In this document: in pieces, positions 27,226 through 42,233 of the stretch
How positions within the stretch are numbered: the first letter of the stretch is position 1
Layout of the letters: each line of letters begins with the position of its first letter
Assembly (NCBI GenBank): GCA_000165425.1
Contig: CT868618.1
Coordinates: forward strand, 1 to 64,000
DNA length: 64,000 nucleotides
Source: Paramecium tetraurelia
Taxonomy: Eukaryota
Direction: 5' to 3'
Program-made: the position numbers and the translations under genes
The notes under the pieces: generated by a model
Database searches by the model: none
What the model was told of the DNA's origin: nothing
Seen by the model: only the letters and a program-made list of their open reading frames with translations

Positions 27226-29022
27226 ATGAGTATGTAACTAACACAAAAACCGAATCCATTTTTTTAAGTCCGCTAACATAGCTAAAACCACAACACAAAT
27301 ACCATAAACTGTTAAAAAATGAGAATGTATGTAAACTTCTTTTCTTTAGGAGCATAATTGATTAAATATCACCCATCAAAGGATAATAATAAAAGAGCAC
27401 TCAAAGAGATTCATTTTATTAAGTTAAAGGTCAATCTGGATCTGCAGCCTGTCTTCTCTCTAACAAAACATTCCCAAGTAGATTCTTAGATAGTTTATAT
27501 ACATCCTTAAATTATACTCAGGAAAGTAATGTTGAAAAAAAGAATGGTACTTTGAATAAAGGACAAAAACTCAACTTTGAAACACTCAAAGATCATTTTA
27601 AATTTGTATATGATTACTTAGATGATTTCAAATAACAATTCGATAAAGTTATATAAGCATAAATTGATTAAGTTGTTTAAGTTTTGAAATCAGCTTCTTA
27701 ATTATCAAATGCCTTAATAGAAGAAAACGCTTAGATTAAAAGCTAGTTAAGCACTGTTGATATAAATAAATTTTAATCACATCTGGAATAGTAAGAATTG
27801 AAGATTTCTCAAATTAACAGTGAAAATAATCAACTAAAATGTTAAATAAATAAATTATAGGAGGAAAATTAAAAATTAAAAGATGGAATCTTGCATTCTG
27901 AAAAAATGTAGTAAGAAGCAGTCACAAAAAATGATAAAGAGAATGTAATTTCTAATAACAATAAAGGAAAATACACTTAAAGAGAATTAAGCTATAAATT
28001 TGAATAAGCAGAAATTAAATTATTGACTCTTTAAATAAGCAACGATTAACTTAAATAACAATTATAACATTACTAATTAGATTAGCAAACTATTTCATAA
28101 ATGAAAGATACCATATCTACTCTAGAACTTAAATCCTAAAGTTTATTGAATCAAAAAGATGCATTACAATAAGAAAATGATCTTTTAAATTAAAAAGTAG
28201 AAAATCTCGAAAAATAATGTAAAGACAAATAGAAGACCTAGGAATTCTTGATTTATCAAAATTCGTTAGAAAATGAATTAATAAAGTTTAAATAAGAATA
28301 GGCCCAGAGTCATTAGACTATTTTATCCTTAAACAATACGATTTAATAGTTAAAGGAATAGATTAATATATTTAGAACATAAAAAGATTAAGCCGAAGTA
28401 TCAATATAAAATATAGTTAGAATGCTTTTCAATTAGAGTTAGTATAATCATAAAATGAATTATAATAAGCTACTGCTAGATATTAAGTTTTGTGGCAAGA
28501 AATATCTGAAATGAAGGATAGATTAGAATAAAGAAAAATTGAAGAAGATAGCCATTACATGTTATCTAATGCAGAAAAAGTATTATTTGAAACTTAAATT
28601 ACTAATCTGAATGACAAGATCAAGGAATATGAATAAATTTTATTACAAAATGACTCAAAAATAAAGTTTAAAAATTATTAATCTTTTTAGGTCCTTAGAA
28701 TTATAGATAAATTAGATTTAATAAGAGAAGGAGAACTACAAATAGCAATTAGAAAAGAATGGATCTTTAAGCAGCAAGTCTTTAGATTTCTAAGAGCAAT
28801 AATGGAAGATCACACAATTAAGTAGATATTATCATATAATAGATAAAAGATTTAATCATTAATAAAAAAGATAAAGAACTATCAAAAAAGTCAGAAGAAT
28901 TAGCTTAATTTAAATAGGGATATGATTTGCAGATGAAAAAGAATTAAAATTTAGAAGGAAAGATCCTTTAATTAATGGAATAGGAGATTAAGATCAATAG
29001 TAATTTGATAAAAAAGCCATGA
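27226..29022 (+). CDS. Long coiled-coil protein of unknown function
   Basis: MSMQLTQKPNPFF start, short introns, extensive Q/E/L heptads, ends KKP-TGA. Confidence 0.7.
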
Positions 29023-29173
29023 TGTTATATATATTATCCTTACTAATAATAATCACAACAATTATTTTTTATATTCTTAAATTGCACTGTTAAAAAATCA
29101 TTCGAGATATTCAATTAAGATTCAGGTGATATAATTAATAAGAATTTCAATTTTAATAAATGCATAACAGTAT

Positions 29174-29965
29174 TCAAACATCATGGATTGACTACATTCT
29201 CTTTTGCTTTACAGGCTTTGTCATCTGATCAGTGATGTGAATTGTATTGGATCTAGTCTTAATTGCACTCTTAGGTTTCTTCTTTCCATACAAGCTTGCT
29301 AATTCCTACATCCTGTCTATCGTTATAGTCTACCCTAAGACTGATATCGAATTTTTTCTACGGTTTTAATTCAATTAAATACAGATTTTGAGATGTCTTC
29401 TTTTTTGGCAACTTAATCATTGTTTTAGGTTAAACTTATTATTTCTGTTATGATATTATTGTTGATAATCTATCCTATGTAGTATCAGTCATCAATCTCT
29501 CTTGACTCGAAATTTTAATTTATTTCTTCATTCTAACAATCTCTTTTGATAATTGCTTCCGAAATATTAATCATTTCAATACTATTATTTATGAATTAGA
29601 TTTCTCTAATTGTTTCTACATCTCCTCACATGTGTCTTATAAGTCTTCGGCATATATTTTTAATTGTTATTAAATCTAAATGTGCTTTCTTGCCTCGCTC
29701 TCTTTTTGAATTAATTGATCTTCCAATAATTTATATTGGTTCTTAAGATCATGGTATCCTTAGAGAAACGAATCCACAATTTGGCACATTATTCGGAAAC
29801 AAACCTAAACATCTTCAACCATATTGTCTTGGCATGGTAGCTCAGCACTCTCACTTGTATTCTCCATCAATTTTTTATAATAGTTCAGTATCTAATGCGA
29901 ATCGGCTAAGGGTATACCTCCTTAAATAACTACTTGATTATCTTCTCTTCGCTCTCCTTTTACAT
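29174..29965 (-). CDS. Coiled-coil hypothetical protein
   Basis: MQKESEEKIIKQLFKE, 26-nt intron, LEDQLIQKESEARKHIQIQQQLKIYAE; ends IHDV-TGA. Confidence 0.65.
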
Positions 29966-30721
29966 TTATATATTATAATAAATTATCGATATTATTATAA
30001 TCATCTCAATCCAATAAACAAAATTTAATAATAGTATTATTATTTATCTTATATTTAACACCCAAGAAATTGCATTTAAATAATTATTGCAAAAATCTAT
30101 AAATCAAATTCTGTTAAATTTTGCAATTTAGGATTCATAAGAGTATAAAATTAATAAGTTAAGAATCTCTTATCAGAGATGATTCTATTTTTGGAGAACT
30201 AACCGAAGATCTCCTTTGGAATATTAAATTATAATTCATAATTTCTAATTTAAATCTATACCTTTAGAACAATTCTCTTGCCTAAGATATTAAAGGATAC
30301 TAATATTTTCATTTAATATTATGTATATATGTAGTTTATATACCTTTCCAAAATTTTAATTTTCTAACGTAAATTTATCATTTAATGAATTAATTACAAA
30401 AATAGGATCAGATATCTAAAATACGTTTTAACTTATTTCTAATCTAAAAATTCCTAATGAAAAAAATTGGCAAGGAATATTATATTACTCATTATGAATA
30501 ATGATATGAGGAAGTGCATTAACAATATTTCAAATCTAGAGTCAAGTGTTTTCTCTACATTGATAACAGAGTGATAAAATTAACAAAAACAAAACAAATC
30601 CTAAATTAATATAGAGATTCATTTCAACTAATTAGTATTTGTAGACTAATCTATTAACCGAGTACTAATATTTTTTTTAAGCTTTTATAAAAATCATACA
30701 TAATTTAACCAAAGAAAAAAT

Positions 30722-32036
30722 TCATTTTATGAATCTTTTATTAAAGAAGAATACAATTGGGATTTTGTTAGCTTTAATTTATTATCAAAATATATCTAAT
30801 ATATAAACAAATTCTTGTTTTATCACTTTTAATTCTTTTTATACTTCTAATCTAATTGTTGAATAGTAGTTTTGGAAAATTTGTATTTGCTAAGCATTAG
30901 ATTAATAAATTAATTAGAATCCAAATGAAGTAAATCCTCATTTGATCTAAGATATTATAAACCATTTTCAAAATCATTTAATTGAATTAACTTTTATTCT
31001 TTATAATGAATGATTGCTAAGGCACATCTAAAAATAGTCTTTTCGCCTTCCACCAAGAAAATCTCGAAAACTCTATAAAATAAATTAATTGGTAGGGCAG
31101 TTGAGAATAATGTAATGAACCTAAAATTTATGAATTATGAATAACCATTCAGTTGTAAAATAGAACAAATCAATATTATGACGTTTTAGTATTTTTGAAG
31201 TAATTGGATGATATTATTATATCAAATTATCAAGAATGTAAAATTCTCTATAAAGAGAATTGGGATCTTTGTATTTAGCTGTTAGATTGTAGTGAGTCAT
31301 CAAGCGATAGAGAATCCAGAAGGCCTCAAAATTATTAAGGATTCTTACATTTTCATCATTTGTAACCATAATAAGAGCTGCAGTTAGAAAATTTAATCCT
31401 TAACAATATCCCATGTCTGGAATAGCTTCAGATAAAGCTTTGAGCACATTGACTAGAGATTCAGAAAGGACTGTTTAATCCTGAATTTAAAGAATAGATA
31501 CTTAAAAGTTAATATTGTCTGGGAATGTGCGATGAACGTCTAATCTAATCTGATGCTCGAATTTAAATTCATTTTTTGTTAAAAAATCAGAGTATTTCGA
31601 TGTTTTTTAAATGGTATTTGCTGTTTCCTTAGCCTTTTTGATATTGGCTAGAAGTGGCCAAGCTAGAATTCTTAAGCCATCAGGTATCCCCTAAAATAAA
31701 ATTAGGAAATACCTTTCGAGTTCTTTCTTTGATTAATTAAATATTTTGCTTATCAAACTCATTTATCATTTATCTCCACTTTTCAACTCTTGCATTAAGT
31801 GTTTTTCTGTCTTTATAATGTTTTAAATTTATTTATGATTTGAATCCATATTAATCAGTTTGCTCAATTTAAGCTTAGTGTGAGATTTACGAATGAACCT
31901 CATTTTGCTTAGTAGCCTAGAAATCAGGAGTCTATAAATTTTATTAAGGTTCAGATTGGTTATCAAATTCATATTAAAACAATTCATCTTCATCTTCTTC
32001 TTTTTGTATGCATTATGTTAATTAGGTTGTTCTCAT
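30722..32036 (-). CDS. TBC-domain Rab GTPase-activating protein (3' end approximate)
   Basis: GIPDGLRILAW, QIRLDVHRTFP (IxxDxxR), GYCQGLNF (YxQ), EAFWIL. Confidence 0.9.
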
Positions 32037-32050
32037 TATATAATAATAAA

Positions 32051-33732
32051 ATGATTATACTTTCAATTATTTTTGCAATCGCGTAATCTCAATAAATCAA
32101 GCCTTACGACTTTGCAGTATCTTTAATATAAGGTATCAGTTTATTCCCATTGATAGTATAGTCATCAATTCATTATGATATGAGAGTAAACGAAGATGCA
32201 ATTCTCTACACATATCCTAAGGGAGCAATTTATAAAAGCAATATCTCAACTAATAACGAGATTTAATTGTGCAGTGTATAACATGACACAATAACACTAA
32301 CAAATAACATTACTAAATAGATAATTAATTCATCAACAGATAAAATTGATTAGTAAAATGATCAAATTATAAATGCATTTTACATGAATAAAAATTTGGG
32401 TTTAGTGACAGAATTTAATAATTATATTGTATTCTGCTTAGATAAATTAGAAATTATTAAGAAATACGAGTTATCTGATTTCATAAAAGCAAAAAAAGAA
32501 TAATTTTAAGAAGGAATTTTTAGTGCTGAATTGAATATGGCTTTTCTATTTTATTAAACAACACTAATCATTTAGGAGGAGAAAGGCATTTTGGTGTCTT
32601 AAACTATTACAGAAATGGCAATTAAAAAAGTATTATGTAGTTTGGGACATATCTTTATTGCTACTAAAGATGGAATGTTAGTCTATTAAATAGATGTAGG
32701 AAATCAAATGATTACGTTGAAAAGTCATATAGAATAGAATCATACTATTAATGATATTGTTTTAAGTGCAAAAAATTAATACATATTTCTATTGGAAGAA
32801 GATGGAATACATATTTACAGAATTCTCTTTGATAATGAAAAATAGATTTAAATAAAAAAATATTCTATATTGCCATTTATACCTATTGAATCTTCATTTA
32901 ATTTTAATTAAAATAATGATTCAAGCTTTGCTGTATTGAAAAAATCTCAGAAGTCAGTGATCTTCGTTGATTTAGAAATTAATTTAGATTAAGGAGTTTG
33001 GTTTATAGTCAACTCTCATGTCCTCAAAATTGCTGCATAGAATTTAGAAATAAATAACAATTTTGTTGTTATCAAAGGTTCAGAAACTCACTGTATAATT
33101 AAGCATTCATAACCAAGTATCTTTACTGTATTTAAAATTCATAATAATAGAATATTTTTAATTATTATCCATTTACCTTAGCACATACAATTTATCTGAA
33201 TTTTTATTAATTTAATGTTGAAAATTCATTAGATATTTTATATGGCGTTGATTCAGATTCAATAACATTATTTTAAATAGATCAAATTTAAGGTAACATA
33301 GTATGTTCAACGAATGACACTGGCTTAATTGGATAGGTATTTTTCATTTAAATTTAGAATTTTAATTATTAAATATTTTCTAATTTAAGCGATTGTGAAA
33401 AAAAGTAATAATATTCTTAAGAAATTCAAAGTAAGGATTTAATAGTGTGTTAATTTAATACTGAAATTGGAATTAATATAATTTCAGATGATATAAATCC
33501 TTTTAATAGGCAACTTTTAATTATACTGATTGTTTGTTTGGGAATAGCTTTATTCTTAAGTATTCTAGCCTTGATTTGCTATGGAAATAAAACAAGGAAG
33601 CAGCTTAGTTCATACTAATAAAAAATTAAATTATATTAACAATTTTCAGGTGATCAAAATGACACTATTCGTACAAAATAGCCTCCGCCAACTATTGATA
33701 ACAAATTTAAGATAGACGAGTTTGAATAATGA
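32051..33732 (+). CDS. Type I membrane protein: signal peptide, beta-rich ectodomain, C-terminal TM
   Basis: MIILSIIFAIAQSQ...LLIILIVCLGIALFLSILALICY...IDEFEQ-TGA. Several short introns. Confidence 0.7.
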
Positions 33733-34745
33733 GTATCTTTTCTATTTAAATCATTAGTATTTTATAAAAAGGTTATCAAAAATCACTCTTCCCTAAGTTT
33801 AATCATTAATTATCTTTACTCTAATTAATTGTTTAAGTAAGTAATAATTCACGAATTCTACTCAAAAGGAGAATAATTGATTAGGACTAATAAATTATAT
33901 GACAATTTCAAATACACATTTAGGTTCAGCTAATCATTTCTATAATATATTGAAAATGGCATTTTGTAATAATAGATGTATAGAAAATATTAATTATACA
34001 AAATAAAAATAGACTAGAATAAGATATAACTGCAGAAACAGAAATCGAATTGAATTCCTTTTTAAATTAGAATCTCTTTGAAACTTCATTTATATTTTAC
34101 AATTCTATCAATCCAAATCTGTGACTCATAATAGGAAGTCCACATTAAGTACATTAAATTAAGAATCTTAAGTAAATAGAGTTGATAAATAGGATTGATC
34201 GCTCCTGTATTGGGATTGTGAAAACAAGTTATGGATCAATAACTTTTGCTCTTGAATTTATCAATCGTTCGAAGTGCAAATTCTAAATGTTCACTTCAAT
34301 GTAATTCTTAACTTGTCCATATGTAGATTACTCCTTTATAAATATATATTAATAATGAAGTAACGGAAATTATATATAAAAAAATAATATATCATGATAT
34401 TAAATTGGTCTCAATACTATTATTCTTATGGTATTTATAATCATTAAATTATAGTCTCATCACCTATAATTCAACCTGAGTATTTAATATTATATTTATT
34501 TATTCATGTTCTCTGAATTACAATGTAATGTAATTTATTGAGTTAAATGATACTTAGGCTTTGAGTCTCTCACCACTAAACAGTAATTTAATTAGATAAT
34601 TATCAATATTATCAAAAAAAACTTCAATAGTTTTTATAAAAAAACAATTGAAAAATTATTTAATAATTAATAAAGCGAATAAACCGAATTTGTATTGTTA
34701 ATATATTAAGGCTTACGGTTGTGTTTATTTATTTTAAAAAAATTG

Positions 34746-35427
34746 ATGCTAAATCCTAACTTTAATGCTTATTATGTACAATAACCATTGTTCTATCCAT
34801 TTGGATACTAATATTTCATAATGCCAGCACCTCTTACATTAACTAGCACTTAGATAATTAATCCTCAAATACAATTTTATGATAATCTAACTTAAACAAA
34901 TAATGTATCTAGTGGGTTGAACTAACAATAAGGAGAGCATAAACTAAAAAATATCTCTGAAACTTAAAGCTATCTCAATTCTGATAGTGATAATGATGAA
35001 CATAGAGATACTCCTTTTCATCCTAAATCAACTAAATCCAATCTAACTAAGAACATTTAGAAACCAAACCTTTTGGTCAAATCTACTAATATCCAGAAGA
35101 ATTATGCAAAAGCTATAGTGTCCTATGCATGCAGATAAAGAACAATAATTTTTGAAACTCTTGGAGAAGAGAAAGGGGAAGAATTCATAAAATTGATGAA
35201 TCGTCTCAAAAATAAGCTTAGAAATATTGCACACATTACGAAGTATACTCATGCAGAAGAATTTTTATCATTATTCAGAATTTTAGGGTATGTTAAGTGA
35301 TCATAATTTTAGAAACAATTTCATTAAAAAGGACTCAGTTAGTTATATCTATAACTCTAAGATAATGTAGAAGAGTTGTCATTTGTCCAACATGACAGTA
35401 GTAAGGAATTCTCTATTAAAGTATTGA
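34746..35427 (+). CDS. Hypothetical protein: Q/P/Y-rich N-terminus and basic helical C-terminal domain
   Basis: Clean code-6 frame containing KSTNIQKNYAKAIVSY and FRILG-intron-NNFIKKDSVSYIYNSKI. One 25-nt intron. Confidence 0.75.
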
Positions 35428-35571
35428 TATCATCAAAGCGATAATGAATTTTTATAGTGTTTTTTTATTTCATATAATGAATGAATAGAATTAATTATTT
35501 TGATTGATTATAAGATTGTTTTGCAATTATTAGTAGTATTTCATTATTATATATTGAAATAAATAAAAATA

Positions 35572-37134
35572 ATGAATATTAATTAAGAGGCAGTAAAAGC
35601 ACATATATCTTAAATGCTGGCTCAGTTGAGATAGTTGAAGGAAAAGATCTAAAATTTAGAAATACCTGAATTGGGAAATCAAGCCAGTTATAATAAAAAC
35701 ACTGATTTAATTGAAGGTTCAAAATAACAACTACATCATATAATTACTTAATATTTCAAAGACATCCAAAACATTTACATCTATTTAAGTCGGTTCTATC
35801 CAACCACAGCCTTAAAATGTATTGAGTTATTTGATATAATTATAGAATATATGAAATAAGAAATTGAGAGTATATTTGCCTAATTATCAGAATACAAGAA
35901 GAAAATGAATGAAAAATAATTTTCCTAATTGGATTATGAGGAATTTTAGGCTGCTAATTATCCTGCAAAGAAAGATGAAATACAATAAGAATGCATGCAA
36001 ATATAAACTGAGAGCTATCCCAATCATACAAGCGAATGTATGCCAAATATCAAGGTTCAAAATAGAATTACAGAAAGCCTTTACTTTGGTCTCAATTAAT
36101 ATGCTTCAGTCTATTGGCCAAGCAAAAAAGGAAAGGCCGAGAGTCTTTTCATTAACAAACCAAATTTCTTTATTGAAAACACTATGTAAATTATAATTGT
36201 TTATCTCTTTCAGTTGCATACCATATGCTCAAGATAATAAATTATATGCCTATGATTATGCTTCCTAAAAGATATTCTAAACAGAAATGAACGAATAAAT
36301 ACCAGATCACAGTTCCTTTTTGAATTTACCTGGTGGAAATTTATTCATCAGTGGAGGTGTAAATGCATAAGGATAGGTCTTAGGAGAATGCAGATATATT
36401 GACATCTCAAAAGGAACTGTATTGAAATTACCTGACATGCTTGTAAAGAGAGTAGGACATACTTTGGTATACATTTAACCAAATACATTTTGGTCAGAAG
36501 CACCAAAAGGATATATTTATGCCATTGGAGGTAGAACACATAACAATTTCAGAACAAAATTATGTGAGAGATTCAATATAGAGAATCAATAATGGGAGGA
36601 GATTGAAAAATTAAATGATGCTCGATCAAGGTCTTCTTGTGCTTATTCAGAAGAATAGCATGGCATATTTGTATTTTTTGGAACATCAAGCTAATAACTA
36701 AATGTTGTAAGTGCAGAGAAATATGATTTATTGTCAAAGAAATGGGAACGGTTGTTAATCCATAATCAATTGGAAGGGTTTGATGTGAGTTGGGGAAGTG
36801 CAATTTGCATTAATGAAGATTAGATTCTGATTTTTGGAGGATTGAAGGATAGCCAATATTTTGAAAACAATCTTTATTTCAGTAAAAAGATTTTGGTTTA
36901 CAACATTCAGAATGAAAAGTATGAATATTTGATGAATTTTAAAGTATTACTGTAAATGATAGTCAACTTCCAGTAGATTTGTTACCTTTAGCCACAGTGA
37001 TTCATGAAAACAAAGTGTATAGTGTTGGGAAATACATGAGTTGTGTTCAATTACCTCCTCATTAGAGTTTGGGAGAGGGAGCGTTCTTGGTTGAATTGGG
37101 AGAAGTCAATTCAATCATTTGCTTTTTTGGATGA
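35572..37134 (+). CDS. Kelch-repeat protein with N-terminal coiled coil
   Basis: LFISGGV, YIYAIGGRT, CERFNIENQQWEEIEKLNDARSRSSC, ILIFGG. Confidence 0.85.
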
Positions 37135-37164
37135 TTATAAATAATATTAATAAATAAATAGATT

Positions 37165-38464
37165 ATGCAAGAATAATATGAATTGTATTATACTACATAT
37201 AATCAGGAGAGAGAGAGGATTAGAGTAAGAGAGTTTCATTACATTAGAAATTTTACAGTAGTTTGAAATCTGAGGAATCCAATCGATTGTTGAAGAGTTA
37301 ATCTCTTAACGAATCTTTGAAGAAAGCTGAGGGGTATAAAAATGAGAAGAAGTTGCAGATTAAACAAAAGGCTCACAAATTTAATATTAAAGCTAAAATT
37401 ATACAGAGAAAGAACAATTAGATGCAGGAGCATCAATTTCTGGGTATTATTAAATAGAAAAATGAGTTGTTCAAGAAGGAGATTGAGCTGTAAGATATAA
37501 TTTAAATTCAGAGAACATCGTCTTAATATTTTGAATGCGGAATAAAAAGAGTAGATCAGATAAAATTAAATCTATAAATCGATGAAACACAAAATCTATT
37601 TAGAGAAGGTTGAATAACATCAATTAGTAATAAATTAATAATAAAATAGAAAATAGAATAGGAGCATCAGCAAATGTTGGAATAGATGAATAACAAATTC
37701 TAGAAGGTCGAATAATATATTCAGATTACAAGAGATTCTTAAAAATAGAAATTTAGAAGTCTTAGTTACAAATATCTGACTTATAAACACAAAGCAGAGA
37801 ATCTAATCTTGGAAAAAACAGAAAACACCTTTTAAGAAGCCCTTGATAACATGTCTAAGAGAGAATAAATCTATGTATTCATCCTTATTTAAGTTAAAAA
37901 GGAAAAATATCTTGAGACAAAAGAAAAAGAGAGGAAAAAGATTGTGAGAAGAAACAAATTGGAATTAGTCAAATTTAAAAGAAACAAGAAAAGACAAGAG
38001 TCTATTGAAAAAGCCTAAAAGCAATTGTAAGAATAGGAAAGACAAAGAAGAATACTTAATAACTCTACTTCCATACCAAAAATCATCATAACTGAACATG
38101 ATGATTAAGGTAATAATGATGTTGAAGTAGAAGTCTATGAAGTACCATAATCTCATGAATAAACTTAAACTTATGAAGAAAAAGTTACATCTTCAAAAAA
38201 GAATTAAAAGGAAGAATAATCTATTTTCACTAATATTAACGAATCATCTATGCAAGTTACTTTGCCTGAAACCAAAAATATTGAATCTCCCAATTATAAG
38301 AAACCAAGGAGGGAATCAGAAAAAGAACGATAATATTAAATTTTAATGTAATATAATTTAAATAAGGACTTAGGAAATTAAGGTTGAATCTAAAATAAGA
38401 AAGAGAGAAGTTGGATAGAGAATTGAACTCATTCTTCATTAGTCAGCCAATAAATTTAAATTGA
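37165..38464 (+). CDS. Coiled-coil hypothetical protein
   Basis: MQEQYELYYTTYNQERERIR, short introns, Q/E/K-rich; ends QPINLN-TGA. Confidence 0.65.
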
Positions 38465-38524
38465 TATATATATAATACTTATGTGATTATTAGATAAATT
38501 CTTTTTGGATATATCTCATTGTTA

Positions 38525-39300
38525 ATGAATAAATTTGAATTAGCCCTCCAAACTTAATAAGAATTATTAAACTATATTCTATCAACGTAGTGGAAGGATG
38601 ATTTGGAGAAATAACAATTAGGAGAAATATTTTCGAAAGTCCAAGTATAATTAATATCCTATTAGACCACCTGCAACATTAAATTGGAAATCGATGAATT
38701 CTTTTCTAAAGACACGTAGGAATAATTAAAATCCTATATATATGAGAAGCAATAGCAAGTATTTACAGTCTTAATTTTTTAAGATCAGATAAATTAATAA
38801 AAATCTACAGGAAACTCTTAACAAATAGGCTCAAGTGAGGTAATCTCCAACATGTGTGATTGCTTAATTGCCTCCCAGATTCAAAAATAACAAAGAGTCA
38901 TATCTCTAATAAATGTAAATATATTGGAAATTCATATTGTAGTAATTATTTCAAAAACAATTTGATAGAAATGAAGAGTTGCCATACAAAATTATGTTTG
39001 GAGATAGAGATAAAATAATAGAGGGAGGCAATCACAAAATAAATCGGATTATTATAAATAGCGGAAAATTTTAAATTTGAACTAAATTGTTTAGAAAGCG
39101 AATTGATGCAAAATCGGCTTTATTTAAGTGAATAATTTGAGAGTATAAGAAAATTAATCGAAATTACTATTGAGGACAATTTGCTTCAAAATTTAATTAG
39201 TTATTGCTCTGCGATATCTAAGGCGAATATTCTTTTGAAGAAATAACTTATTATAATAAAACAAATATATTCATTTGACACAAAAGATTTGTAATTTGAT
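38525..39300 (+). CDS. Hypothetical protein (structure and end uncertain)
   Basis: MNKFELALQTQQELLNYILSTQWKDDLE followed by short intron-like segments. Confidence 0.4.
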
Positions 39301-39325
39301 ATGAATTTATTTTAGTTATTTATAG

Positions 39326-41985
39326 ATGATGGAAATGGATAAGGAAAATAAATAAACTAGTTACTCACAAGATACTGATGTTACAAGTTAGTAATCACCA
39401 TAAAAAAATTATGATTAAAATTAGATCATCAACAAAAATCTTAGGAATCAAGAATGTTTGTGTGTAATCTTTTGATGAGGTTTTAATTGTGTATTATAAA
39501 AAAAAGAAAATAATATGATCATTTAATGTGTAATTTTAATAAAAAATGTTAAATCAAAAATGTCTTATGGCAAATTTTATACACTTCATGATAGTCTCAT
39601 ATTCAATATATTTCTATTTGATAAGTTCCAACTTACTTAATTTGATAACTTTGATTGTTACTACTTCAATTACAATAGTATTTTTGATGCTTCAAATTTT
39701 ATAAAACAAGTTCGTGTTACAAGGAACTATTATATGTCTTCAATTGGATTCGGTTTGTTTGATTTTGATGAATGTTTCAAATATATCTAGAATACCCTTT
39801 TCATAGCTCATCATTTCACAACTTTTAACAAAAGACTTATTTCTTGATTTAAAGCAAACCAAAAAATCCCCTATTATTATCCTCCAATTAATGGTATCAA
39901 TATTTTTGATTATTTATTCCTTTATACAAATTGAACTTGACATTGAACACCCTTAGTTGTTAATAACCTTGTGTATATCATTATATTGCTGCACTATATC
40001 TCTTAAACCTCAACAATCTTAACCCAATGTATTATTGACTGAAATAAGCAATACGAATAGACCAGACAATTTGAAATTCAATAAGAATACCTCATAATTT
40101 GATTTAGATTAAAATCTCAATTCTGCATGTCTAAGAGAAGCAGCAATCAATGACTCAACTATTTTAGAGACCACTTATCACTGTTTGTAATATTTAAATG
40201 AGGGTTTAATAATATTGGGTTTTGATTCTGAGAATACTCACTTTCCATACTCAATTAAATACTCTAATCAAGCAACCAAAACTATATTTGGAAAGGAAAT
40301 GGATTCTGAAATATTAAATTTATTAGAGAACCTCACAATCTTCACTGGAAATGATCACACAGAAGGCTTATAATTTACATCCCAATATTAAATTAGACCC
40401 TCATATAATTGTTTAAAACAAATTGAATTAAAAGATCAATTTACATCTTAACATAAAAATTCAAATTAAGATTCCTTATATGATTAATTACACAAATATC
40501 AATTTAAATAAGTATTGGAAATGCTTTTTAAATAGTAAAATTGTGAGTAATTAGTCGTTTAAGCACATTTTGCAATAACGATTTTCAGGTCCAACAAATC
40601 AACCATAATAGACTTCTTAAACAATTATTAATACTGAGAATTTCTAATTACTTGAATTAACCTTTACTCTTAATAAGAACAATATCATCATCATTTGTAG
40701 AGATATTACTCATAGATAAAAAATAAGATATCTTAGGGAATATGATAAATAAAAGTCTAAAATGTTATCATTTGTTAGTCATGAATACAGATCACCATTG
40801 AATTGTATAATTTAAATGCTTGAAAGTGTAATTAATGATCAAGTAATTCAAGAAAATCAAGATTTGACTGAGCAATTATAAGTGGCATTAGATAATTCAA
40901 GTTACATTCTTAATTTATCCAATGATTTATTGGATTTGGCATAAATTAAAAATGGGAAATTTAGAATTGATAAAGTACCTTTTAATTTAGAAACATTGAT
41001 TTATGAATGTATGAAAATGTTTGAATTGAAGGCTAAAATGAAAAAAGTATAATTAAAATTTAATCTTGGTAGTCAAATACCAAAAGTTGTATTTTCTGAT
41101 AGAAGTAGAATAAAACAAATACTAATCAATTTGTTAAGTAATGCATTCAAATTCACTTAAAATGGAAAGGTTACGATCAATGTTCAGAAGATAAATTTAA
41201 ATATTTTAAGAATAGGAGTTATGGATGAAGGTATTGGAATCTCAGATGAAGATTAAATGTAATTGTTTAAAGCATTTTCAAAAGTGAATTCAGAAGAAAG
41301 CAAGAAATTAAACCAATAAGGAGTTGGCTTGGGTTTAGTGATAAGTAACCAAATTGCATAAACCATAGGTTCGACTGGATTGAATCTCGAATCTAGCAAC
41401 AAGAAAGATAATCACTATTCAAATTTTTATTTTGATCTACCTTTAGAGTAGCCATTAAGAAAGAAGGTTTCAAGTTTCAAGATACCTGAGATTTCACTCT
41501 AAGTTTAAGAAGTAGAGGAAATTGCAAGTTTTAAATAGATTCATACTCATATCAAGGAGGATTGGTCAACATAATAAATATGTTAACATTATTTAATAGT
41601 GGACGATGATTGCTTTAACATCTTTGCAATGAAAAGGTTGTTTTAATAATTACAAAAGAACAACAAATATTTATTTTAGAATGGATTTGATGTCGATTCA
41701 GCTTTGTCAGGGTAGGAATGTATGGAGAAAATAAAAAATAAAAAATGCAGTAATTCTTGTTAAGGATACAAAATTGTATTTATGGACATAGAGATGCCAT
41801 TCATGAATGGTTAAGAAGCATCATAGAAAATTCTAAGTATCTATCCTAATTATGTAATTGTTGGATGTAGTGGGTACTCAGATCAATAGGAATATGAGAA
41901 ATGTATAAGAAGTGGAATGTCAGACTTTATAGTTAAACCAATAAATGAAATTTAATTAATTTAGATAATTAGAAAGTTTCATTGA
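39326..41985 (+). CDS. Hybrid sensor histidine kinase (TM region, HisKA, HATPase_c, receiver)
   Basis: H-box SFVSHEYRSPLN, DLLDL, N-box QILINLLSNAFKFT, G1 DEGIGI, G2 GVGLGL; receiver LIVDDD, FMDIEMP, FIVKP. Confidence 0.93.
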
Positions 41986-42233
41986 TTTGATTATTATTTT
42001 TATTTTTAATGAGTTAGTGTTACTATGGAATTGTTAATAATAGTTTGAGTAATGTTAATTAATAGACTTTAAATAGTTATTTCTAATTTATTTTTGAAAA
42101 TGTATTAGTAGTTTCAAATAGTCGAAGAATTCTTAAAAGATATTTAAGTTAAATTCTTATCTCTTGTAATTTGAAATGACGAAATTTGTAATAAATTTAT
42201 TCATAAAAGTATTATAATTTAAATTTATATATA

